The notes below the pieces were generated by a model that saw nothing but the letters and a program-made list of their open reading frames with translations, was not told the DNA's origin and searched no databases. Both the position numbers and the translations under genes were made by a program. Of a DNA stretch of 64,000 bases, positions 50,225 to 58,107 are shown one piece after another. Positions within the stretch are counted from its first letter, which is position 1, and every line of letters starts with the position of its first letter. The DNA is from Dehalococcoidia bacterium (GTDB lineage: Bacteria > Chloroflexota > Dehalococcoidia > UBA2979). The DNA is taken from the NCBI GenBank assembly GCA_963667465.2, contig CAXXDN010000001.1, positions 64,001-128,000 on the forward strand. The letters run 5' to 3'.

Positions 50225-50520
50225 GGGGCTGGCGCGGGCTTCGCCTGGACGGGGTGGAACACCTCGTCCCCCTCGATGCGCAGTTCAGGAGGGCCATGCG
50301 ACAGCAGCGCCTCGCGGATCCGCTCCGCCTCGGGCAGCCCTTGCAGGCTCACCCCGCCGGGCAGCCCGATCAGCTCGACGCCGATTAGCCGGCCCTCGGC
50401 GTCGTAGTCGGCGCAGCGCAAGTCATCGACTTCGCGGCAGTCGGCGATCTTCGCTTTCTTGAATTGCAGATAGAGGATGTCGCCCACGTCATTGACGCGG
50501 ACCTCAATGCCCTCAGACAT
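50221..50520 (-). CDS. DUF2283-like putative antitoxin (second)
   Basis: DILYLQF...ADYDAEGRLIGVELI. Confidence 0.78.
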   Translation of the reverse strand: MSEGIEVRVNDVGDILYLQFKKAKIADCREVDDLRCADYDAEGRLIGVELIGLPGGVSLQGLPEAERIREALLSHGPPELRIEGDEVFHPVQAKPAPAP

Positions 50521-50553
50521 GTCGTTGCTCCAGCCTGCTGGGTCTCACGGCCC

Positions 50554-50814
50554 TCACTCGCCGTGCCATCGCACGGTCGCGACGCGCATCGGGTCGGAGC
50601 CGATGCGTACGTAGACCTTGCAGCGGCGCCCACCTATCGAGCGCAGGTAGATGTTACACGGGTCCGTGGGCGGACGATCGAGAGCGCGACGGATCTGGTC
50701 AGGCTGCTCCAGTGTGGCCCGCACCTGCAGCTCCGTGATCCCGAACTGGTCCATCCGATCGCGTACATGCGGCTGCTCGTACGCGATCTGGCCGCCAGGC
50801 GGCAGTGGCTCCAT
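50554..50814 (-). CDS. DUF4258/BrnT-like putative toxin
   Basis: HVRDRM..FGIT...VRATLEQPD...KVYV...RVATV; GAGGAG RBS; lies upstream of DUF2283 genes. Confidence 0.65.
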   Translation of the reverse strand: MEPLPPGGQIAYEQPHVRDRMDQFGITELQVRATLEQPDQIRRALDRPPTDPCNIYLRSIGGRRCKVYVRIGSDPMRVATVRWHGE

Positions 50815-51024
50815 ATCGGCTCCTCGAACGTAGGCTCTGCATCGTCCCCTGACTGTCGAGGCCTCCGTGCCGTGGGAGAAGCGACGGTAGCGCAGACTCG
50901 CGCGGGTCGGCGGCGACTCGCAGCGGATGCGACGGGTGGGGCGGTTCGTTCGGACCAAGCAGCGAGGTGGATGCGCTGACCGACGCTGACGGGTCTTCCG
51001 GGACGAAGACCGCACGTCTGGATC

Positions 51025-51360
51025 GGACAGGAGCGCGAGGTCGGGCGCGAACTGCTTGTTGATGCCGGCGACAAGCCCGAGGTCGAGCGCGAACTGCTCG
51101 TTGAGGCCGGCGCCGAGCCCGAGGTCGAACGCGAACTGCTCGCCGAGGCCGGCGCCGAGCCCGAGGTCGAGCGCGAACTGCTTGCTGAGGTCGACAAAGG
51201 GGGCCGTCACCTCTTCCACAAGGCGCCGCATCTCGGCCGCGGGAGCCGTCACCTGTTCCAGAAGGCGCTCCGCCGCCGCTGCGGGAGCCGTCACCTGTTC
51301 CAGAAGGCGCTCCGCCGCCGCTGCGGGAGCCGTGACCTGTTCGAACAAGCGCTCCGCCGC
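51025..51360 (-). repeat. Eight 42-bp (14-aa) coding repeats within ORF 50554-51450
   Basis: Four units like AAERLLEQVTAPAA, then four like GLNEQFALDLGLVA, in one register. Confidence 0.85.
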
Positions 51361-51519
51361 CGAGATGCTGGCGGTTGCGGGAAGTACGGCCCGCCTCGCG
51401 TCGGCGGCAATACGTGCCAAGTCCTGAGGCTCTCCTTCATTCGATGACATCAGCTGCAACTTCCGCCTTACTGCACGTGAATCCGAGGAAACAGTCTACC
51501 ACGCCGTAGAACCTGCGTT

Positions 51520-54453
51520 CTATACCGCCCGCCCCAGATTCAGCGCCAACAGCCGCCCCAGCAGCTCCTCCTCCGGCAGCCCGTCCGGCGCGGCGGACTC
51601 CGGCCAGCCGTAGGCGGCGAACACGGCGCTGTCGAGGGCGGCGTGGCGGTGGGAGAGCCAGGCCGGGCGGGCGTTGTAGAGGTTGGTGAGCGTGCGTTTG
51701 CGAAGCTCGCGCTCGGCGTCCTCGTCGACGGGGAGCAGGCGCGGGGGCAGCGAGGGCAGCACGTCCGGCTCCTCGCGCACCAAGTCCGGCGGGTTGAGCC
51801 AGTGCCGCCGCGCCTCGTCCAGCGCCCGCGCCGCCGCGCCGATAGCGTCACGCTGCCCTCGCTGCTGTGCCGTCAGCGCCTCGTCCGGCGTGTCGAGCGG
51901 CCAGGGGAAGGGAAACGTCTCGAACGTCGAGGTCGGCGTGTAGCGCGGGTCGTTCCCGACGCCGAGCCACGTCCCCATCCGCAGCGACCACAGCTCGTGC
52001 GCCCGCGAGTGCAGCACACCGAACGTGTAGTCGTCCTCCCGCGCGATCGCGATCACCAGGCTGTCCGGCAGCGCGGGAGCCGAGAGCCATGAGTAAATGC
52101 GGTACTTCGCGGTTTGCGTCGTGGCTATGAATCGCGTTAGCCCGGCAAGCGCGGCGCGCATCTCCGGACGCCCTCTCTCATGCCGCCACCAAGACTCGCG
52201 GGTCCGCCTGTTTCGGTTGCCCGCACGGACCGGGCGGACATGTTCCTCCGAGTGCGCAAACGGCCACTCGTAGGCGGCCGCCTCCTGCTCGCCTCGGTCC
52301 AAACCAAAGTCGATGATGAACCGGTCACGCGGACGGCGCACGATGTCCATACCGCTCACCATCGGGACCACCACATCCGAGTTTGGTCGGCCGTTGATGT
52401 TCGTTGGGGCGGCGAGCATCTCGCGAGCAAGGTCACCCGCGAGGTCGAAGGCGCCCCCCTTCTTCACCCCCTGGAACGAGACGCCGCCATTCTCGCGAAG
52501 GCGCTGCGCGGAGGTGAGATCGAGCCCTGCCGTCAAGTCACTGTTGATGGCCGAAACGGGCTCGCCATCAAGCAACCGGTCAATCTCCGATCCGTCATCC
52601 TGACCAATGATGGAGACGCGGACGGCAGCGCCCTCCACCGTCCATGGCTCATCGGACCACGCCATGAAGATGTCGCCGCTCTCCTTGATGCGGTCGATCG
52701 TGCGCCTTCCAACCCCGTCGCGGATCGAATTCGTTGCAAGCAGCCCCGCTCGCATCGCCGAACCGGAGACGACCTGCTGCCGAGCCGTTTCGTGCCAGTA
52801 GGCGCAAAGATCGGCTGCGTTTGCGACGTCCCCTCCCCATGCCGCGAACAGCGCATCGACGTACTCGTCACCGAGCGCCGCACGCAGGCGCATCCCCATC
52901 CCCAGGAACGGTGGGTTGCCGACGATGAACTCCGCCTCCGGCCAGGTGGCGGGGACCGGGGCGCCCTCGGCGTCGCGGGCGAGGATGGCGTCGCGCAGCT
53001 CGATGTTGTCGAGCGGTTGCAGTACGGGGTCGCGCGGGAAGCCGTAGCCGTGGTCCAGCATCCACTGGATGTGCCCGATCCAGATCGAGACGCCCGCCAG
53101 CTCCTTCGCGTAGGGGTTGATCTCGATGCCCAGCACGTTGTGCGGGTCCAGCCGCGGGAACTCGCCGGTCACGCGCAGCCGCTCCGCGCCCCAGCGGATC
53201 GCCTCCTGCTCCAGGTCCTTGAGCAGCCGCAGCGTGACGTAGAGGAAGTTGCCGCTGCCGCAGGCCGGGTCCAGCACGCGCACGGTGCGCAGCCGTTCGA
53301 GGAAGGCGCGCCATTCGGCCTCCGCGCTGCGCTCCCACGGCCGCAACCGCACCCGGCGGTGGCCTGCCTGTGTGAACAAACGCGGCTCGCGGCCGGCCAG
53401 CAGCTCGTCGACGCGCGCCTGCATCGCCTCGAACTCGCGGCGCAGCGGGGTCAGCACCACCGGCTCGACGACGAGCAGGATCTTCTCGCGGTCGGTGTAG
53501 TGCGCGCCGAGCTGGCCGCGCTTGGCCGGGTCCAGCCCGCGCTCGAAGAGCGTGCCGAGGATCGCCGGCTCCACCTGCGACCAGTCGAGGTCCGCGGCCT
53601 CGCCGACGGCGCGCAGCTCGTCGCGCGTGAAGGCGAGCGCCGCCGCGTCGTCGAACAGCCCACCGTCGAACCACTCGATGCGCTGCGTGCCGAAGAAGCG
53701 CCCGGCCTCGGGGTCGGCCATCAGCCGGAACAGCTCGGAGATGCCGGCCGTGAACGCCTCCGGGTCGTTGGCGCGCGAGCGCACCAGGTCCGTCATCAGG
53801 CGCGCGGGCAGCAGGCCGACGTCCTCGGCAAAGAGGCAGAACAGCACGCGGTTGAGGAAGTGCGCGACGGCCTCCGGCTCGTGCCCGCGCTCCTGCATCG
53901 AGCGCGCGATGTCGGCGAAGCGGGCGGCGGCGAGCTGCGTCACCTCGTCCGGGGTCTGGCGCGGCCGCAGCGCCTCCGGCTCGCTCATCACGGCGCGCAG
54001 CACGCGCAGCGCCTCGGCCGTGCGCTCGCCACCCTCCGCGAGGTCGTCGAGGGTGACGGTCTCGACGACGGGGCGGGTGCCGGTGAAGTTGGTGTGGACC
54101 TCGATCAGGTCCATATCGCTGACGACGAGCAGGGGCGGGTTCGCGAGCGCCTCGCGGTAGTCGAGCAGCTGGCGGTAGGCGGCGCCGAGGTTGGCGTGCG
54201 CGCCCTTGTACTCCCAGCCGAAGACGCCGCGCTTCCAGACATCGGCGGCGCCGGCGCCGCCGGTGCTGGTGCGCGCGGCGCCGGCCTCGAAGCTGTACTC
54301 GGGGCTGGCCGGCGGGTCGTTAGGCGTCGCTACCCCGAGCATCTGGCAGAGGTCGATGAAGTGCTCCTGCGAGGCGGCACGCTCGCGCCGGGGATTGCCC
54401 CGCCACTTCGCGGCGAAGCCGGCGGCGGAGAGCGTGGGGCGGTCTGCGGTCAT
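51520..54453 (-). CDS. MmeI-like type IIG/IIL restriction-modification enzyme (nuclease + m6A MTase + TRD)
   Basis: ADVWK...WEYKG (PD-(D/E)xK-like), GAHYT, LDPACGSGNF, IVGNPPF and RTLTNLYN. Confidence 0.9.
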   Translation of the reverse strand: MTADRPTLSAAGFAAKWRGNPRRERAASQEHFIDLCQMLGVATPNDPPASPEYSFEAGAARTSTGGAGAADVWKRGVFGWEYKGAHANLGAAYRQLLDYREALANPPLLVVSDMDLIEVHTNFTGTRPVVETVTLDDLAEGGERTAEALRVLRAVMSEPEALRPRQTPDEVTQLAAARFADIARSMQERGHEPEAVAHFLNRVLFCLFAEDVGLLPARLMTDLVRSRANDPEAFTAGISELFRLMADPEAGRFFGTQRIEWFDGGLFDDAAALAFTRDELRAVGEAADLDWSQVEPAILGTLFERGLDPAKRGQLGAHYTDREKILLVVEPVVLTPLRREFEAMQARVDELLAGREPRLFTQAGHRRVRLRPWERSAEAEWRAFLERLRTVRVLDPACGSGNFLYVTLRLLKDLEQEAIRWGAERLRVTGEFPRLDPHNVLGIEINPYAKELAGVSIWIGHIQWMLDHGYGFPRDPVLQPLDNIELRDAILARDAEGAPVPATWPEAEFIVGNPPFLGMGMRLRAALGDEYVDALFAAWGGDVANAADLCAYWHETARQQVVSGSAMRAGLLATNSIRDGVGRRTIDRIKESGDIFMAWSDEPWTVEGAAVRVSIIGQDDGSEIDRLLDGEPVSAINSDLTAGLDLTSAQRLRENGGVSFQGVKKGGAFDLAGDLAREMLAAPTNINGRPNSDVVVPMVSGMDIVRRPRDRFIIDFGLDRGEQEAAAYEWPFAHSEEHVRPVRAGNRNRRTRESWWRHERGRPEMRAALAGLTRFIATTQTAKYRIYSWLSAPALPDSLVIAIAREDDYTFGVLHSRAHELWSLRMGTWLGVGNDPRYTPTSTFETFPFPWPLDTPDEALTAQQRGQRDAIGAAARALDEARRHWLNPPDLVREEPDVLPSLPPRLLPVDEDAERELRKRTLTNLYNARPAWLSHRHAALDSAVFAAYGWPESAAPDGLPEEELLGRLLALNLGRAV

Positions 54454-54487
54454 GCGCGGTCCTCGCTGCGCCTCGTGGGCGGAGGCC

Positions 54488-54497
54488 ATGCTACCAT
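54488..54497. promoter_or_regulatory. Overlapping back-to-back extended -10 elements
   Basis: + strand TGcTACCAT and - strand TGgTAGCAT lie within the same ~10 bp between divergent genes. Confidence 0.45.
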
Positions 54498-54544
54498 TCG
54501 CACATGGGTTCTGAAACCGAAGCCACCGACTCGAGGGACTCCCA

Positions 54545-55264
54545 ATGACAACACGAAGCTCACCGACCGGCTCTCCAAACGGAGCAGGCGACACGATGTC
54601 AGGCGCGCAGATCGTCGCGCTGCACGGCTCCGCCCTCCAGTCCGGCGCACTGCTAGAGCAGGGTTTGAGGCGCCTCGAGGAGAACTACCGCGGGGAGCCG
54701 GAGGTGTTGTACGGCATCCTCTGGAACCTCTCGCAGGGGCTCGAAATCCTGCTGAAGCTGACGCTGTATCTCGCGCGGGAACAAGTCGGCCCCACGCACG
54801 ACATTCCCATGCTGCTGGATAGACTGCTGCAAACAGTACCAGCAGAGGCCATGCCAACCGGCCGTCACGCCTTCCTTGGGCGCGACAAGCTGTTCAGGGA
54901 GCTGATCGAGATACTTGGCAAGTTCGGCGGGTCCGGGAAGTACAGCCCGCTTGACGCGGCCCTGGGCAAGAACAAGGGCAACGGGGACGAGGAGTCGCCC
55001 ACCGAAATGTGGGATGAGATGGCGCTGGATCTCCTGGACGACGACTGGTACAAGCTGGCGGAGTCCGACCCAGCGGGCTTCTATGAACTGTACTACCCGC
55101 ACCTCTACAGGGTCGTCGCCACTTCGCTCGCCGTGGGTGTCCATTCGCTCTGGTGGCTCTGGGTGCGTGGCCCTACGGCCGAGCGCGGCCGGCAGTGGCA
55201 CGGTTCGGTAACGGGCGAGGCATGGCGCCGCGTCAACGATCTCGCGATGCGATCCGGGTCGTAG
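54545..55264 (+). CDS. Hypothetical protein, HEPN-like
   Basis: NLSQGLEILLK...THDI pattern; lower GC; start could alternatively be 54596. Confidence 0.6.
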   Translation: MTTRSSPTGSPNGAGDTMSGAQIVALHGSALQSGALLEQGLRRLEENYRGEPEVLYGILWNLSQGLEILLKLTLYLAREQVGPTHDIPMLLDRLLQTVPAEAMPTGRHAFLGRDKLFRELIEILGKFGGSGKYSPLDAALGKNKGNGDEESPTEMWDEMALDLLDDDWYKLAESDPAGFYELYYPHLYRVVATSLAVGVHSLWWLWVRGPTAERGRQWHGSVTGEAWRRVNDLAMRSGS

Positions 55265-55327
55265 CACTCGCCGTACGATTGGTGCGGCGCGTTGCCTCGG
55301 CCCGCGCGGGGCGCGCAGGATCGCGGC

Positions 55328-55588
55328 ATGGCGATCACGTTCGACACCCTCAAGGCATCGCAGCAACTGCGGGACACCGGCGTTCCGGAGGATCAGGCTC
55401 AGGCGATCGTCGCGCCCATCTCTGATAGCGTCCCCGACGACATCGTTACCAACGCCGTCATGATGACCGAACTCCGGGCTCTCGAGCAGCGGCTGACCAT
55501 CCGCCTGCTCGCGACGGTCGGCGGCGGCGTCGGCATCGTCCTCGCCGGCATGGGCGTCGCCACCGCGGCCATTCTGACAACCGGCTAG
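55328..55588 (+). CDS. DUF1640/CCDC90-like membrane-anchored protein
   Basis: FDTLKASQQLRDTGVPEDQAQAIV head, short coiled coil, C-terminal TM. Confidence 0.75.
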   Translation: MAITFDTLKASQQLRDTGVPEDQAQAIVAPISDSVPDDIVTNAVMMTELRALEQRLTIRLLATVGGGVGIVLAGMGVATAAILTTG

Positions 55589-55622
55589 CCGCGTCCCGCA
55601 CGCGGCGCGTAGGATCGAAGCC

Positions 55623-55844
55623 ATGGCGATCAGGCTCGACACCCTCAAGAACGCGGAAGACCTGCGCGCGGCCGGGTTCCCCGAGGATCAGGCCGCGGCC
55701 ATCGTCACGACCATCGCCGAGGGCGCGCCCGATACCCTCGAGGCCTGGAAGCGACTGCGCGCGGCCGGGTTCCCCGAGGATCAGGCCGAGGCCATCGTCC
55801 GCATCATCGCTGAGAGCGCGCGGCCCGCGTCGCAGCGTACGTAA
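55623..55844 (+). CDS. DUF1640-like head-only protein with internal duplication
   Basis: DTL......LRAAGFPEDQA.AIV occurs twice; no TM. Confidence 0.7.
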   Translation: MAIRLDTLKNAEDLRAAGFPEDQAAAIVTTIAEGAPDTLEAWKRLRAAGFPEDQAEAIVRIIAESARPASQRT

Positions 55845-55891
55845 GGGACGCAGCCAACTCCCCCGACCCCCGATCTGCTAACCTCGATCCG

Positions 55892-56587
55892 ATGACTGCG
55901 CGGCCTATCGGCACGCGTGGCCGCGCCGGCGGCACGCGCGAGGCGATCCTCGACATCCTGCGGCGGCACGACGAGCGTTCCGTCGATGATCTTGCGGGGG
56001 AACTCGGACTCGCCGGGGCGACCGTGCGCCGCCATCTCGATGTGCTGCTGCGCGACGGCTACGTCGCCGCCAGCCAGATCCGGGGGCGCACCGGACGACC
56101 TCGCTACGCCTTCTCGCTCACCGAGGCCGGCGCGGAGCTGTTCGGCCGCCACTACGTACGCATCACCCGCCGCCTGCTGCACGAGATCTCCGAGCTCACC
56201 GCCGAGGAGACGGCCGGACGCGGCGGCGAGGAGATCTCCGACCTCGTCTTCGCGAAGCTCAGCAACCGGCTCGCCGCCGAGTACGCGCCGCGCGTCGGCG
56301 GTCGCGATGTCGAGGAGCGCGCGCGCGCCGTCGCCGTCCTGCTCGAGGACGAGGGCTTCGAGGTCGAGGTCGAGGCGGCGGACGACGCGGGAGGCGATCT
56401 GCGCCTGCTCGCTCGCGGCTGCCCGAGCAGGCGGCTGCGCGGCGAGTTCGGCGCGGAGGATACGCCGGTCGCCTGCGAGCGCGACCGCGAGCTGCTGGCC
56501 GCGCTGATCGGCGCGCCCGTCGAGGCCGGGCACGCCCTCGAGCCGGCGGGCGAGGCCGTCTGCGCCTTCCTCGTGCGCGGCGGCTAG
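55892..56587 (+). CDS. SufR-like winged-HTH transcriptional regulator
   Basis: TVRRHL..L..DGYV...GRP.Y.FSLT with C-terminal Cys (GCP, ACE, VC); upstream of iscA. Confidence 0.8.
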   Translation: MTARPIGTRGRAGGTREAILDILRRHDERSVDDLAGELGLAGATVRRHLDVLLRDGYVAASQIRGRTGRPRYAFSLTEAGAELFGRHYVRITRRLLHEISELTAEETAGRGGEEISDLVFAKLSNRLAAEYAPRVGGRDVEERARAVAVLLEDEGFEVEVEAADDAGGDLRLLARGCPSRRLRGEFGAEDTPVACERDRELLAALIGAPVEAGHALEPAGEAVCAFLVRGG

Positions 56588-56632
56588 GGGCGGCGCGCGC
56601 GGCGGCTGCACTGGCCGCGCTGTCGCGCGGCG

Positions 56633-56886
56633 CCCCCTCACCTCCGCCCTCTCCCGCGAGGGGAGAGGGAGCCGGACTGCCTTCCGATCCCCTCCTGCGG
56701 CAGGCGTCGGACCCCCCTCACCCCCGCCCTCTCCCGCAAGGGGAGAGGGAGCCGGACTGCCTTCCGATCCCCTCCTGCGGCAGGCGTCGGACCCCCCTCA
56801 CCCCCGCCCTCTCCCGCAAGGGGAGAGGGAGCCGGACTGCCTTCCGATCCCCTCTCCCCCGGCGGGAGAGGGTTAGGGTGAGGGGG
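56633..56886. repeat. 80-bp-period tandem array of REP-like units (~2.8 copies) closed by an inverted unit
   Basis: Near-identical units aligned at 56641, 56721 and 56801. Confidence 0.92.
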
Positions 56887-57071
56887 ACTCCGGCGCAGCC
56901 GGAGCGCGCGAGCCTCGCTGGACTGTTGCCCCGCCGCAGGCGTCGGCCTGATGGGGGCGTGGGGCGCAGCCTGGCGGGCGCAACCGGACCGCCTCGATGC
57001 GCTCTCCTCCGCCGGGGAGAGCACGCGCTGAAGGGTGCTATCATGGCTCTCAGGAAGATCCGGGGGATGTG

Positions 57072-57467
57072 ATGACCACCACGTTCGAACCGATCAGCAG
57101 CCTCGTGACCATCACGGACCGCGCCGCCGAGAAGGCGCGCGCCCTGCTCGTGGAGAAGGAGCTGCCGGACGCCGCGCTGCGCGTCTTCGTCGTCGGCGGC
57201 GGCTGCTCCGGCTGGCAGTACGGCATGGCCCTCGCCAAGGAGGTCGAGCCGGACGACACCGAGATCCACGCCGCCGAGGGCGTGCGCATCGTCGTCGACG
57301 AGGAGTCGGTCCCGATGCTGCACGGCGCCGAGGTCGACTACGTCGAGGACCTGATGAAGTCCGGCTTCACGATCTACAACCCGAACGCCACGGCGGCCTG
57401 CGCCTGCGGCTCGTCCTTCCAGGCCGGGTCCGGCCAGCCGCAGGGCACGCCTCGCGCCTGCAGCTAG
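57072..57467 (+). CDS. HesB/IscA Fe-S cluster assembly protein
   Basis: GGGCSG.QY, VDYVE and NPNA...CACGSSF. Confidence 0.93.
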   Translation: MTTTFEPISSLVTITDRAAEKARALLVEKELPDAALRVFVVGGGCSGWQYGMALAKEVEPDDTEIHAAEGVRIVVDEESVPMLHGAEVDYVEDLMKSGFTIYNPNATAACACGSSFQAGSGQPQGTPRACS

Positions 57468-57475
57468 GCGCGGGA

Positions 57476-57513
57476 CCCCCTCACCCCCGCCCGCTCCCGC
57501 CAGGGGAGAGGGG
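57476..57513. repeat. REP-like element
   Basis: ccccctcacccccgcccgctcccgccaggggagagggg. Confidence 0.7.
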
Positions 57514-57577
57514 ACGCGGAACCTGAAGCCGTCCGGGCGCATCCAGCCGCCCGGCGCAACCAGCAAAGGAGCACCAG

Positions 57578-58033
57578 ATGCAGGCCTGGATCGCCGTCGG
57601 CTCGGCCGAGAACTTCGAGCTCATGCGCGAGCGCGGGTTCGACCTCGCCGCCTTCAAGTCCTCGCGCCGCAAGCAGTCTTCCGACATGCAGCCAGGCGAC
57701 CGGCTCGTCTTCTACCTCACGAAGGTCGTGCAGTTCGGCGGGATCGCCGAGATCACCTCGGAGGCCTTCGAGGACGAGACGGACATCGGGCTGCGCTCGG
57801 ATTCGAAGGGCGAGAGCGAGCGCTATCCGTACCGCGTGCAGACGAAGCCGCTGGTGATCCCGGAGCCGGGCGACTACGTGGACGTGCGCGAGATCACGGA
57901 CCTGCTCGACAAGACGCGCAACTTCGGCCCGAAGAAGCTCGGCATGGCCTTCCGCGGCAACCTGCACAAGATCTCCGAGGCCGACTACCAGCAGATCGAG
58001 AGCTTGCTGGCGGAGCGGGCGGCCGTCAGCTAG
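57578..58033 (+). CDS. EVE domain-containing protein
   Basis: MQPGDRLVFY, YPYR and ISEADYQQI; AAGGAG RBS. Confidence 0.85.
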   Translation: MQAWIAVGSAENFELMRERGFDLAAFKSSRRKQSSDMQPGDRLVFYLTKVVQFGGIAEITSEAFEDETDIGLRSDSKGESERYPYRVQTKPLVIPEPGDYVDVREITDLLDKTRNFGPKKLGMAFRGNLHKISEADYQQIESLLAERAAVS

Positions 58034-58107
58034 GCCGGCGCCCGGCGACCTCGGGCGGGCGCGGCGGCTGAGCGGACCGCGAGCAGGACGCCCGGACAGG
58101 ACACCCC

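Noticed and set aside
49920-55891. att sites or direct repeats bounding the islet
   Set aside because: Only a 7-bp gggacgc match, expected by chance at this GC; no integrase or tRNA.
56633-56886. CRISPR array
   Set aside because: The intervening sequences are identical rather than unique spacers, the palindrome recurs elsewhere as single copies, and there are no cas genes.
57072-57467. Selenocysteine-containing HesB-like protein
   Set aside because: All conserved positions are Cys codons; no in-frame TGA.
58034-58107. SAM riboswitch before the YitJ-like gene
   Set aside because: Only 74 bp, and no SAM-I consensus elements are recognisable.
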